Shown here: piece by piece, positions 39,705 through 48,580 of the stretch
Layout: each line of letters begins with the position of its first letter
How positions within the stretch are numbered: position 1 is the stretch's first letter
Source of the DNA: Hydrogenophilales bacterium
Lineage (GTDB): Bacteria > Pseudomonadota > Gammaproteobacteria > Burkholderiales > Eutrophovitaceae
NCBI GenBank assembly: GCA_902601765.1
Contig: CACKOO010000002.1
Span: 28,130 to 92,129, forward strand
DNA length: 64,000 nucleotides
Direction of reading: 5' to 3'
Made by a program: the position numbers and the translations under genes
The notes under the pieces: model-generated
Databases searched by the model: none
Told to the model about the DNA's origin: nothing
Seen by the model: the letters and a program-made list of their open reading frames with translations, nothing else

Positions 39705-42700
39705 ATGATTCTTTCGGATATATCAATAAGAAGACCTGTCTTAGCCACCGTGATGAGTTTGCTAATAATTTTGCTAGGACTGATTTGTTTTGATCGATTA
39801 TCAGTAAGAGAATATCCTAAAATAGATCCTCCAACTGTTTCAGTTAGGACTGTATACAAGGGAGCAACAGCGGAGATCGTCGAAAGCGTAATAACCACAC
39901 CCGTTGAAGATGCTTTATCGGGTATTGAAGGCATTAAAACCATTAAATCTCAGAGCAAGGAAGAAGTTAGTAAAATAACAGTTACCTTCAATATAAAACG
40001 CGATGTTGATGCAGCTGCGAACGATGTCAGGGACAGAGTATCTCGCGTAAAGGCATTGTTGCCCAGGCAGGCTGATGATCCAGTGGTGAGAAAAATTGAG
40101 GCAGATGCTTGGCCCGTTATGTGGATAGCGGTAACCAGTGATCGGCATTCCCCGATGGAGTTATCAGATTATTGTGATAGGTACTTGGTTGATCCGATTA
40201 AAACAGTGCCGGGAGTGGCAACTGTAATTATTGGGGGGGAACGGAAATATGCCATGCGAGTCTGGTTGGACCGAGATCGGCTAGCAGCGTTCGGGTTAAG
40301 TGCGCAAGATATCGAAAGATCTTTATATGAGCAAAACTTAGATTCTCCGGGTGGACGAATAGAAAGCTCCGAGCGAGAGTTAACGGTATTGGCAAAAACC
40401 GACTTGGGAAGTCCCGAAGCTTTCAATAACATGATTATTAAGGAGTCAGATGGTTATCCTATTCGACTTAAAGATGTTGGTTACGCAGCACCAGGGCCGT
40501 ATGAAAATAGGAAAATAGTAAGGGTTAGAGGTAATGAAGCTATCGGGTTAGGTGTTGTGAAACAGTCAACCGGAAATACTTTGGCTATCGCCAAGGGAGT
40601 CAGAGAGTTAGTCCCCAAGTTACAGGAGGGCTTGCCAGAAGGGATGAAAGCGTATGTGGTCGTAGATAATTCTGAGTTTATTGATGCCTCTATTTTGGCT
40701 GTTTTTAAAGTTTTGCTCGAGGCTTTGGCATTAGTTATGTTGGTAATATTTGTATTCCTAAGAAACGTAAGGGCCGCTTTTATACCCGCGGTGACGATTC
40801 CTGTTTCCCTCATAGGCTCATTTTTTTTCCTCTATGTCATGGGGTTCTCGGTTAATGTTTTGACATTGTTGGGTATTGTTTTGGCAGTAGGTTTGGTTGT
40901 TGATGATGCAATAGTGATGCTTGAAAACATTCACCGGCAGATAGAAAGTGGTGAGGCTCCCTACACAGCAGCGCTTAATGGGGCTAAAGAAATTGGGTTT
41001 GCAGTAATGGCAATGACAATAACATTAGTTGCTGTTTTTGCGCCACTAGTTTTTATGAGTGGGCGGGTTGGGCAATTGTTTATTGAATTTGCTCTCACCG
41101 TGGCCGCCGCTGTTTTAGTGTCAGGTTTTGTTGCTTTAACATTAACCCCGATGATGTGCTCAAAGTTTCTTAAAGAAAATGATAATAGCGGAGGATTTTA
41201 TAAGGCAACAGAGAAAGTATTTCTCGGTATGAATAATCTTTATAAATTTTTTCTGCGAGGTGCACTAAAAGCTAGTGGTGTGATTGTGATAATTTTTCTC
41301 GGAATTTTTGCAAGTATGACTTGGTTGTTTGTTGAGCTCAAATCTGAATTGTCTCCAATTGAAGACAGAGGGGTATTTATGGCGTTTGCGGTAGCGCCAG
41401 AGGGCTCAACCATGCAGTACACTGATAGATATATGAAAACTATAGGGCAAATGATTAATCAAATTCCAGAAGTTGATACTCTTTTTGAAGTAGTAGCTCC
41501 TGGCTTGGATAGACCGAATCCTGTTAATTTCGCTATCGGTTTTGCTGTTTTAAAGCATTGGGATGAAAGAAATAGAAAGCAAATGCAGATTACCAAAGAG
41601 TTAACGCCAAAACTATTCGGAGGATTGCCGGGAGTAATTAGTTTTTCCGTGAATCCTCCATCCTTAGGCGCCAGCTTTTTATCCAAACAATTGGAATATG
41701 TCATCTACGGAACTAGTTACTCTGAACTTCAGGGACACGTTACTAAGATAATGGGGGAAATGGCAAATTATCCGGGAGTTAATGGCCTCGACACCGACCT
41801 TAAACTAAATAAACCGCAACTTAAGGTAAATGTGGATCGGGACAAAGCAGCAACTCTTGGAGTTTCTATGGATAACATTGGAAGCACTCTTGAAATATTG
41901 CTGGGTGGTCGAAATGTTACCCGCTATAAGAGAGAGGGAAAACAGTATGATGTTGTAGTGCAGATGGAGGAGGAAGATAGAAGACAACCAACAGATCTCA
42001 CCTCAATTTATGTCCGCAATGCGTCGGGAGATTTAGTGCAGTTGTCGAATATAGTTAGTCTCGTAGAGTCAGTGGCTCCAAAAGAACTGAACCATTTTAA
42101 TAAATTCCGAGCGGCTACAATAACTGGCAATGTAAACCCCGGATATAGTTTGGGTGATGTCCTGAACAAAATGGACGAAGTATCAGAAAGATTGCTACCT
42201 CCCGGTGTCATAACAGACTTAAATGGACAATCTCGCGAGTTTCGCGAGACAGGGATGGATATGTACATTACGTTGGTTTTAGCCCTTGTGTTTATATATT
42301 TGGTTTTGGCCGCTCAGTTTGAAAGTTTTGTTGGGCCTTTCGTTATTATGCTGACCGTGCCTCTTGCTTTTACTGGTGCACTTTTGGCAATGTACATTAA
42401 CTCCAAACTGGGCAACGGGGGTACCCTAAATGTTTATACAAGAATCGGGCTTGTTATGCTGGTCGGTTTAATAACAAAACATGGAATACTTATTGTGGAA
42501 TTCGCAAATCAATTGCGTAGACGGGGATTACCTAAGTTTGAGGCAATAGTTGAGGCATGTACCATGAGGCTCCGTCCAATATTAATGACAACCTTCGCGA
42601 CAGTACTCGGGGCATTACCCTTGGCATTATCAGTCGGTGCAGGTTCGGAAGCTCGGCAAGCAATTGGGTGGGTAATAGTTGGTGGTATGACTCTTGGCAC

Positions 42701-42806
42701 TATGCTTACACTATTTATTATCCCTGTGTTTTATTCACTAATAGTCAGGAAAACGCCAATAAGCGCTGGTGACCAGTTTGATAGAGATGGTCACCTTGCG
42801 AAGTAG
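39705..42806 (+). CDS. RND family inner-membrane efflux transporter (AcrB/MdtB-like)
   Basis: 1033 aa. MILSDISIRRPVLATVMSLLIIL N-terminus, 12-TM architecture with two large periplasmic loops, and a VVDDAIVMLENI motif. Confidence 0.93.
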   Translation: MILSDISIRRPVLATVMSLLIILLGLICFDRLSVREYPKIDPPTVSVRTVYKGATAEIVESVITTPVEDALSGIEGIKTIKSQSKEEVSKITVTFNIKRDVDAAANDVRDRVSRVKALLPRQADDPVVRKIEADAWPVMWIAVTSDRHSPMELSDYCDRYLVDPIKTVPGVATVIIGGERKYAMRVWLDRDRLAAFGLSAQDIERSLYEQNLDSPGGRIESSERELTVLAKTDLGSPEAFNNMIIKESDGYPIRLKDVGYAAPGPYENRKIVRVRGNEAIGLGVVKQSTGNTLAIAKGVRELVPKLQEGLPEGMKAYVVVDNSEFIDASILAVFKVLLEALALVMLVIFVFLRNVRAAFIPAVTIPVSLIGSFFFLYVMGFSVNVLTLLGIVLAVGLVVDDAIVMLENIHRQIESGEAPYTAALNGAKEIGFAVMAMTITLVAVFAPLVFMSGRVGQLFIEFALTVAAAVLVSGFVALTLTPMMCSKFLKENDNSGGFYKATEKVFLGMNNLYKFFLRGALKASGVIVIIFLGIFASMTWLFVELKSELSPIEDRGVFMAFAVAPEGSTMQYTDRYMKTIGQMINQIPEVDTLFEVVAPGLDRPNPVNFAIGFAVLKHWDERNRKQMQITKELTPKLFGGLPGVISFSVNPPSLGASFLSKQLEYVIYGTSYSELQGHVTKIMGEMANYPGVNGLDTDLKLNKPQLKVNVDRDKAATLGVSMDNIGSTLEILLGGRNVTRYKREGKQYDVVVQMEEEDRRQPTDLTSIYVRNASGDLVQLSNIVSLVESVAPKELNHFNKFRAATITGNVNPGYSLGDVLNKMDEVSERLLPPGVITDLNGQSREFRETGMDMYITLVLALVFIYLVLAAQFESFVGPFVIMLTVPLAFTGALLAMYINSKLGNGGTLNVYTRIGLVMLVGLITKHGILIVEFANQLRRRGLPKFEAIVEACTMRLRPILMTTFATVLGALPLALSVGAGSEARQAIGWVIVGGMTLGTMLTLFIIPVFYSLIVRKTPISAGDQFDRDGHLAK

Positions 42807-42885
42807 GTTTGATTTCCTCTTTCTTTATGTTAACTCGGAAATACCTTGATAATACTATTTGCCTCGTGGTGAACAACCAAGAATA

Positions 42886-43680
42886 ATGTTAAATCGCGTA
42901 AGAATTTTAGGGAAATGGATTGAGTACAGCTGGATCGGGGAAAAGGGAATTCCACATTCGAATCACCATAATGCCCCTGTAATAGTTTTTTTGCACGAAG
43001 GTTTAGGTTGCGTTGCTATGTGGAAAAAATTTCCACTATTACTGGTTAATTCTCTCAATTGCCATGGTCTTCTTTATTCCCGTCATGGTTATGGAAAATC
43101 AGAAGCTCTTAGGTCTCCTAAGTCAACGAGTTATTTGTACCAAGAGGCAATTGAAGTTTTACCAGAGATTTTGGGCCATTTTGACATACATACCCCAGTT
43201 TTAGTTGGGCACAGTGATGGCGCGACTATTGCACTAATTTATGCGGCAAACAAGCTTGATAAACTCAGTGGCTTAGTCGCAATAGCGCCACACGTTTTCG
43301 TGGAGGAAATTACTTTATCTGGGATAAGAGACGCGTGCCAAAATTTCGAAAATGGTGTTTTGCGAGACAAATTAGCCCGTTATCATTTAGATGTGGACTC
43401 GGTTTTTCGGGATTGGAGTGATATTTGGTTGAGTCCAATATTCAGAGATTGGAATATTGAGAAAGACGTATCAAGAATCGAAAAACCAGTTTTGTTGATT
43501 CAAGGAGCGAATGACCAGTACGGATCCTTATCCCAAATCAGTAGTTTGAAGAGGCACATTAGATCTACTGTGGAAACAGAAGTTGTTGGTAGGTGCGGAC
43601 ATTCACCACATTTAGAAAGCTGTCAAACAACAGTTCGGATGACAGCTGATTTTATTTCAAAGAGTTTACTGTTTTCCTAG
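42886..43680 (+). CDS. alpha/beta-fold hydrolase
   Basis: FLHEGLG oxyanion region, a GHSDGATIA nucleophile elbow (GxSxG) and a C-terminal GHSPHLE His motif. The start is taken at ATG 42886. Confidence 0.7.
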   Translation: MLNRVRILGKWIEYSWIGEKGIPHSNHHNAPVIVFLHEGLGCVAMWKKFPLLLVNSLNCHGLLYSRHGYGKSEALRSPKSTSYLYQEAIEVLPEILGHFDIHTPVLVGHSDGATIALIYAANKLDKLSGLVAIAPHVFVEEITLSGIRDACQNFENGVLRDKLARYHLDVDSVFRDWSDIWLSPIFRDWNIEKDVSRIEKPVLLIQGANDQYGSLSQISSLKRHIRSTVETEVVGRCGHSPHLESCQTTVRMTADFISKSLLFS

Positions 43681-43682
43681 GA

Positions 43683-45068
43683 TCATAAGCTAAAAATTTT
43701 CCCAGGATTCATTATATTTAAAGGATCAAGTGATTTTTTAATTTGTCGCATGATTGCAACAGAGTCACCGTGTTCCGCTGTCAAAAACTTCATCTTCCCA
43801 ATTCCCACACCGTGCTCACCAGTACATGTGCCATCCATAGCTAGTGCTCTCATTATTAATCTTTCATTAAGTCTCTCTGCTTCTGCGAGTTCTTCAGGGT
43901 TATCTCGGTCAATTACAAAACCAAGATGAAAGTTTCCATCCCCTACATGCCCAACAAGTGGTGCTATCAAAAAGCTTTCTTTCAAGTCTTTTTTGGTATC
44001 AAGGATACACTCAGCTAGTCTTGAAATTGGAACACATACATCAGTTGCCCAAACCTCACAGCCTGGTCGGATTGATTTGGTGGCGTAAGTTACGTCATGT
44101 CTGGCAGCCCACAGCTTAGATCTCTCCTCAGCTTTGGTTGTCCATTTAAATTCACCACCTTCGTTTTCAGAGGCAATCATTTGCACTAATTCTGCCTGCT
44201 CTTTGACACCAGCATCACTTCCGTGAAACTCAATAAATAAAGTATCTTTTACGGGATAATTTAAATCGGAATATTTATTAACTGCATCCATTTGTACATC
44301 ATCCAGTAGCTCAATTCTTGCAACTGGGATACCAAGTTGGATAGTTTGAATAACACTATCGATGGCACCTTCTAAACTCTTAAAGGAGCAAACTGCTGAA
44401 GCCATTGCCTCAGGAACACCGTACAACTTCAACGTAACTTCCGTAATAATCCCGAGTGTTCCCTCTGAGCCAACAAAAAGTCTAGTTAAATCGTAACCGG
44501 CCGCTGACTTTCTTGCGCGTCTTGAAGTTTGAATAACCCGTCCATCAGCCAGAACAACTGTTAATCCTAAAACATTTTCCCGCATGGTTCCGTAGCGAAC
44601 AGCATTTGTGCCCGAGGCCCGAGTTGCTGCCATTCCTCCGAGAGATGCGTCTGCGCCCGGATCGATTGGAAAAAAAATGCCTTGATCCCTAATATAATCA
44701 TTTAATTGTTTGCGCGTTACGCGAGCTTGTACAGTACAGTCTAAATCTTCAGCACTTACTCTAAGCACCTGATTCATGTGATTCAAATCAATCACTACGC
44801 CTCCGTGGTGTGGTATGACATTTCCCTCAAGGGAGGTTCCTGTGCCGTACGCTACAACCGGAGTTTTGTGGCGAGCACAAATTTGAACAATATCTGAAAC
44901 CTCTTCTGTATTTTTGGGAAATGTAACCGCATCCGGTCTATGTGGGTGATGCCATGATTCATCCCGACTATGTGTATCTCTCACCGAAATATTTGTCGAA
45001 ACCCTATCACCTAGGAGGTTTGTTAGCTCATCAATAGCCGTTGCTAGATTTGCAGTTAAAGCTGACAT
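43683..45068 (-). CDS. FAD-linked oxidase, D-lactate/D-2-hydroxyacid dehydrogenase (GlcD/LDHD-like)
   Basis: FAD-binding PCMH-type domain (VVAYGTGTSLEGN, NAVRYGTMRENVLGL) and a C-terminal GTCTGEHGVGIGK motif. Confidence 0.8.
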   Translation of the reverse strand: MSALTANLATAIDELTNLLGDRVSTNISVRDTHSRDESWHHPHRPDAVTFPKNTEEVSDIVQICARHKTPVVAYGTGTSLEGNVIPHHGGVVIDLNHMNQVLRVSAEDLDCTVQARVTRKQLNDYIRDQGIFFPIDPGADASLGGMAATRASGTNAVRYGTMRENVLGLTVVLADGRVIQTSRRARKSAAGYDLTRLFVGSEGTLGIITEVTLKLYGVPEAMASAVCSFKSLEGAIDSVIQTIQLGIPVARIELLDDVQMDAVNKYSDLNYPVKDTLFIEFHGSDAGVKEQAELVQMIASENEGGEFKWTTKAEERSKLWAARHDVTYATKSIRPGCEVWATDVCVPISRLAECILDTKKDLKESFLIAPLVGHVGDGNFHLGFVIDRDNPEELAEAERLNERLIMRALAMDGTCTGEHGVGIGKMKFLTAEHGDSVAIMRQIKKSLDPLNIMNPGKIFSL

Positions 45069-45106
45069 TTTAGTCTCCTCATTTTACGTTTAATATTTAA
45101 TTGTAA

Positions 45107-46204
45107 TTACAATACCAAAAATTTTTGTACAGCTGTTTCGTTCCACTCAACACCTGTGCCGGCCCTATCAGGTGTTAACGCATAGCCATCTTTAATTTGA
45201 ACCGGATATTTTAATATTGGTGTAGCCCAGTCCATGAACTCCAGCCAATGGCATGTTGGTGTTACAGCCAAAAGATGACAACTGATTTCCGGAAATAAAT
45301 GACTGGAAATATCTATGTCGTTGACATGAGCTAAAGCGGAGGCCTGTAGCCATCCCGTTACCCCACCGATTCTCTGGACGTCAGGCATGAAATAGTCGCC
45401 TGCCATAACATTTATGGCTTTTTGCATTTCATATGTATTGATAAGGTTTTCTCCGACTTGCAGGGGTGTGGAAATTTCCGCAGATACTTTAGCGCATCCT
45501 TCGTAATCATCGTGCCTTATCGGATCTTCGATCCAATATAACCCTTCATAGTCTAGTGCTCGGCATCGAGCAATAGCCTCATTGACTGATAGACTTTGAT
45601 TGAAATCGCACATCAGGGTTATATTTTCACCCACCCCATCTTTGATGTTTTGGATCGCTCTGATGTCGTCTCGAATATTGGGTCTGCCGACGCGAACCTT
45701 TATAGCATTAAAATTACCTTCGCTAATTAGCTCACACGCCTCTTCAGCAATAGTTTCAGGATCTTGTATGAAAAGCCCGCAACTATTATAAGCCTGAATT
45801 GGTTTCGTTTGTCCTCCCAGTGCCCTAGAGAGTGGTTGATTAAGATATTGGGTGTACGCATCCCAACAAGCCATATCTATTCCAGAAAGGGCTTGCCCCA
45901 GAATCCCTCCAGTATTGTGCATCTTGAAACATTGTCTTAGATACCTATCTATCTCAATGGGGACAACTGGTTGGCCAGAAAGCAATTCATTGATACCCTC
46001 CAGGCAAGCTACAGTTGGTTTCAGCATTATTTTTGAGTAGACGAATAGGTAAGATCGTCCAACTATTCCTTCTGTGGTTTCTAGGTCAATTAAAACCATT
46101 GCGGCATCATTGATTGTAGCGCTCGCAGTAGTGGGCTTATATCTAAACGGCACAAGCACTGGTCTTGCTTTAAGGTTTTTAATTTTAAAGTGACAATTTT
46201 CCAT
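45107..46204 (-). CDS. enolase-superfamily enzyme, close mandelate racemase homologue with K-x-R instead of K-x-K
   Basis: Start set at ATG 46204 (MENCHFKIKNL), since the track start overlaps the upstream gene. It aligns by eye along its length with P. putida MR: LIDLETTEGIVGRSYLF, DFNQS, WIEDP, VGEN, MPDVQRIGGVTGW, SSHLFPEIS, HWLEF. Confidence 0.85.
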   Translation of the reverse strand: MENCHFKIKNLKARPVLVPFRYKPTTASATINDAAMVLIDLETTEGIVGRSYLFVYSKIMLKPTVACLEGINELLSGQPVVPIEIDRYLRQCFKMHNTGGILGQALSGIDMACWDAYTQYLNQPLSRALGGQTKPIQAYNSCGLFIQDPETIAEEACELISEGNFNAIKVRVGRPNIRDDIRAIQNIKDGVGENITLMCDFNQSLSVNEAIARCRALDYEGLYWIEDPIRHDDYEGCAKVSAEISTPLQVGENLINTYEMQKAINVMAGDYFMPDVQRIGGVTGWLQASALAHVNDIDISSHLFPEISCHLLAVTPTCHWLEFMDWATPILKYPVQIKDGYALTPDRAGTGVEWNETAVQKFLVL

Positions 46205-46223
46205 TGTTTTACTCAAAATAATT

Positions 46224-47159
46224 TTAAATTTGAAGCATGGGATGTTTTCCATCTTTATGTAATTTGAGAGATGCATAAATAAACTCGTTAGCCGGAGTTG
46301 GTATCCCGAGCTCCTTGCCAATCTGTACAACTGTGCCAGCGAACCACGGTAATTCTAAACGATAATGTTGTCGAAGGTCACCACACATTGATGCAACCAT
46401 GCTCCCAGGTAATTGATCAATATTGCGAAATTGTTTTTCCAAAGTATCCGAAGGTAGGTTTGCACCTTTAGCCGAACCCACGAGAATAACTTCTCTCATA
46501 ATTTTTTTCATAAGCGCTCTAGTATCAGGATCTTCCCGATTGGGTCCAATAGGCAGGCGGGTCAGAGCAGTAATGGACGACATTGTTACCAAAAGAATAA
46601 ACTTCTGCCAAATCGCCGTATGGATATTGTCCGTCAGCTCAGTCGATATTTTTGCCAATTGGCAAGCTTTTAATAGTTCATTTGTTCTCTTTGATAATTG
46701 GCCGGATAGTTCTCCAAAAACTAAGCCAGCCATATTGCCGTTGTGACGAATAATTCCTGGCTCCTCAATTAGCGCGGCTATTTTGGAAACACCTCCAACG
46801 ACATGCTCCTCACTGATCGATTTTTTTAATGATTCCACGGCCACAACACCATTTTGAAGGGAAATCACAGCAGTATCTTTTCCCAGTAGGGGTATGGCTG
46901 TTTCAATGGCTCCCTCTGTTGCCCAAAGTTTAACGGCAATGATCACTACATCAACTGGTCCTATCTCCATTGCATTGTCAGTGCAATTAACTCTTTGAAG
47001 GTGAAGATTTCCTAATGGCGAGAGCACTTTCAATCCGCTCTGTCTAATCGCATTTAAGTGATCACCACGAGCAACAAAATGAACATCTTGTCCAGCGTCA
47101 ATCAGGCGCGCTCCAAAATAACCACCTACGCCTCCCGCCCCTACAATTGCAATCTTCAT
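46224..47159 (-). CDS. ketopantoate reductase (PanE/ApbA) family 2-oxoacid reductase
   Basis: Start at ATG 47159 follows GAGAAGG. MKIAIVGAGGVGGYFGARL Rossmann motif and family-typical length. The substrate cannot be inferred. Confidence 0.75.
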   Translation of the reverse strand: MKIAIVGAGGVGGYFGARLIDAGQDVHFVARGDHLNAIRQSGLKVLSPLGNLHLQRVNCTDNAMEIGPVDVVIIAVKLWATEGAIETAIPLLGKDTAVISLQNGVVAVESLKKSISEEHVVGGVSKIAALIEEPGIIRHNGNMAGLVFGELSGQLSKRTNELLKACQLAKISTELTDNIHTAIWQKFILLVTMSSITALTRLPIGPNREDPDTRALMKKIMREVILVGSAKGANLPSDTLEKQFRNIDQLPGSMVASMCGDLRQHYRLELPWFAGTVVQIGKELGIPTPANEFIYASLKLHKDGKHPMLQI

Positions 47160-47356
47160 CTTTTGCCTTCTCAATATTCTCTTGAATCATTAAGCTATTA
47201 TAATACCCTACAGTTACCTTTTTTTTAAATAGAATGATATCGCGGGATACTGAATCTCTGCGTACGAGTAAATTGACCACCTGAGGTTAACTTTACATAA
47301 CAAAAAAGATTACGTTTAGAATGAATACTAAAATTTAAAGCTTGGGGTAAAAAGTA

Positions 47357-48550
47357 ATGAACAATTCTTCGGAAAAACAAGCAAAATCAGTGATTAAGCT
47401 TTCGGAAAGAATGAATGATATAAATTCTTTCATTGTTGTGGATTTCATAACTCGCGCGAAAGCTTTGGAAGATGAAGGGCGAAGTATCATTAATTTGGTT
47501 GTTGGGGAGCCTGACTTTCCAACCCCCGCCCCGATCGTTAAAGCTGGAATAAAAGCGCTTAATGACAATAACATAAAGTACACGGCTTCCTTGGGAGGGT
47601 TAGAGTTGAGGAACAAAATTGCCGATTGGTACAAAAACAAATATGGGGTTTTTGTTGACCCAGGCCGAGTAGCTGTTACCAGCGGATCCTCCGCAGCATT
47701 ACTTCTAGTTATGGGAGTGCTTTTGTCTCCCAAAGATGAAGTTTTAATGGCCGACCCAGGTTATCCGTGTAACAGAAATATTGTCCGAGCAATGGATGGA
47801 AGAACACTCAGTGTTTCGGTGGGAGCAGAAACAGGATATCAACTTACTGCTCAATTAATAGAAAAACATTGGACCAAAAACACCGTCGCGGCAATTATTG
47901 CATCTCCCTCTAACCCCACAGGAACAATTGTGCCTAAATCTGAAATGAAAGATATTTATGAAGTTGTCTCTAGCAGGGGAGGAGTCTTGATTGTAGATGA
48001 AATCTATCACGGTATAACTTTTGGGGTAGATGTCCACACCTCTCTCGAATTTGCTGAAGATATATTTGTAATCAATAGTTTTTCCAAATATTTTGGTATG
48101 ACTGGATGGAGACTTGGGTGGGCTATTATCCCGGAAAAATTTGTCTCAGCCCTAGAAAAATTAGCTCAAAACCTTTACATATCAAATTCTGACATTGCCC
48201 AACAGGCAGCGTTGGAAGCTTTTAAGCCGGAGACACTTGCGATAGCCGAGACGTATCGTAGCAAATATGAGCAACAACGAAATTTTCTTCTTCCAAAGTT
48301 AAAAGACCTAGGGTTTATTATTCCGGTAGATCCTCAAGGAGCCTTTTATATTTATGCAGATAGTTCTCCGTTTTCATCTAAAAGTTATGATTTTTGCATG
48401 GATGTACTAGACAAGGTTGGTGTGGCTATTGCTCCTGGACTAGATTTCGGAGAATATAGAGCACATGAGCACGTTCGATTCTCATACCCTAAGCCGGTGG
48501 AGGTTCTGAAGGAGGGCGTGGAGCGGCTGGAGCGATATTTGAAAAAATAA
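47357..48550 (+). CDS. PLP-dependent aminotransferase, class I (AspAT-like)
   Basis: GEPDFPTP, ASPSNPTG and SFSKYFGMTGWRLGW (PLP-lysine) motifs. Confidence 0.85.
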   Translation: MNNSSEKQAKSVIKLSERMNDINSFIVVDFITRAKALEDEGRSIINLVVGEPDFPTPAPIVKAGIKALNDNNIKYTASLGGLELRNKIADWYKNKYGVFVDPGRVAVTSGSSAALLLVMGVLLSPKDEVLMADPGYPCNRNIVRAMDGRTLSVSVGAETGYQLTAQLIEKHWTKNTVAAIIASPSNPTGTIVPKSEMKDIYEVVSSRGGVLIVDEIYHGITFGVDVHTSLEFAEDIFVINSFSKYFGMTGWRLGWAIIPEKFVSALEKLAQNLYISNSDIAQQAALEAFKPETLAIAETYRSKYEQQRNFLLPKLKDLGFIIPVDPQGAFYIYADSSPFSSKSYDFCMDVLDKVGVAIAPGLDFGEYRAHEHVRFSYPKPVEVLKEGVERLERYLKK

Positions 48551-48580
48551 ATTTCCAAAAATTAGAGGGATTAATAACTT

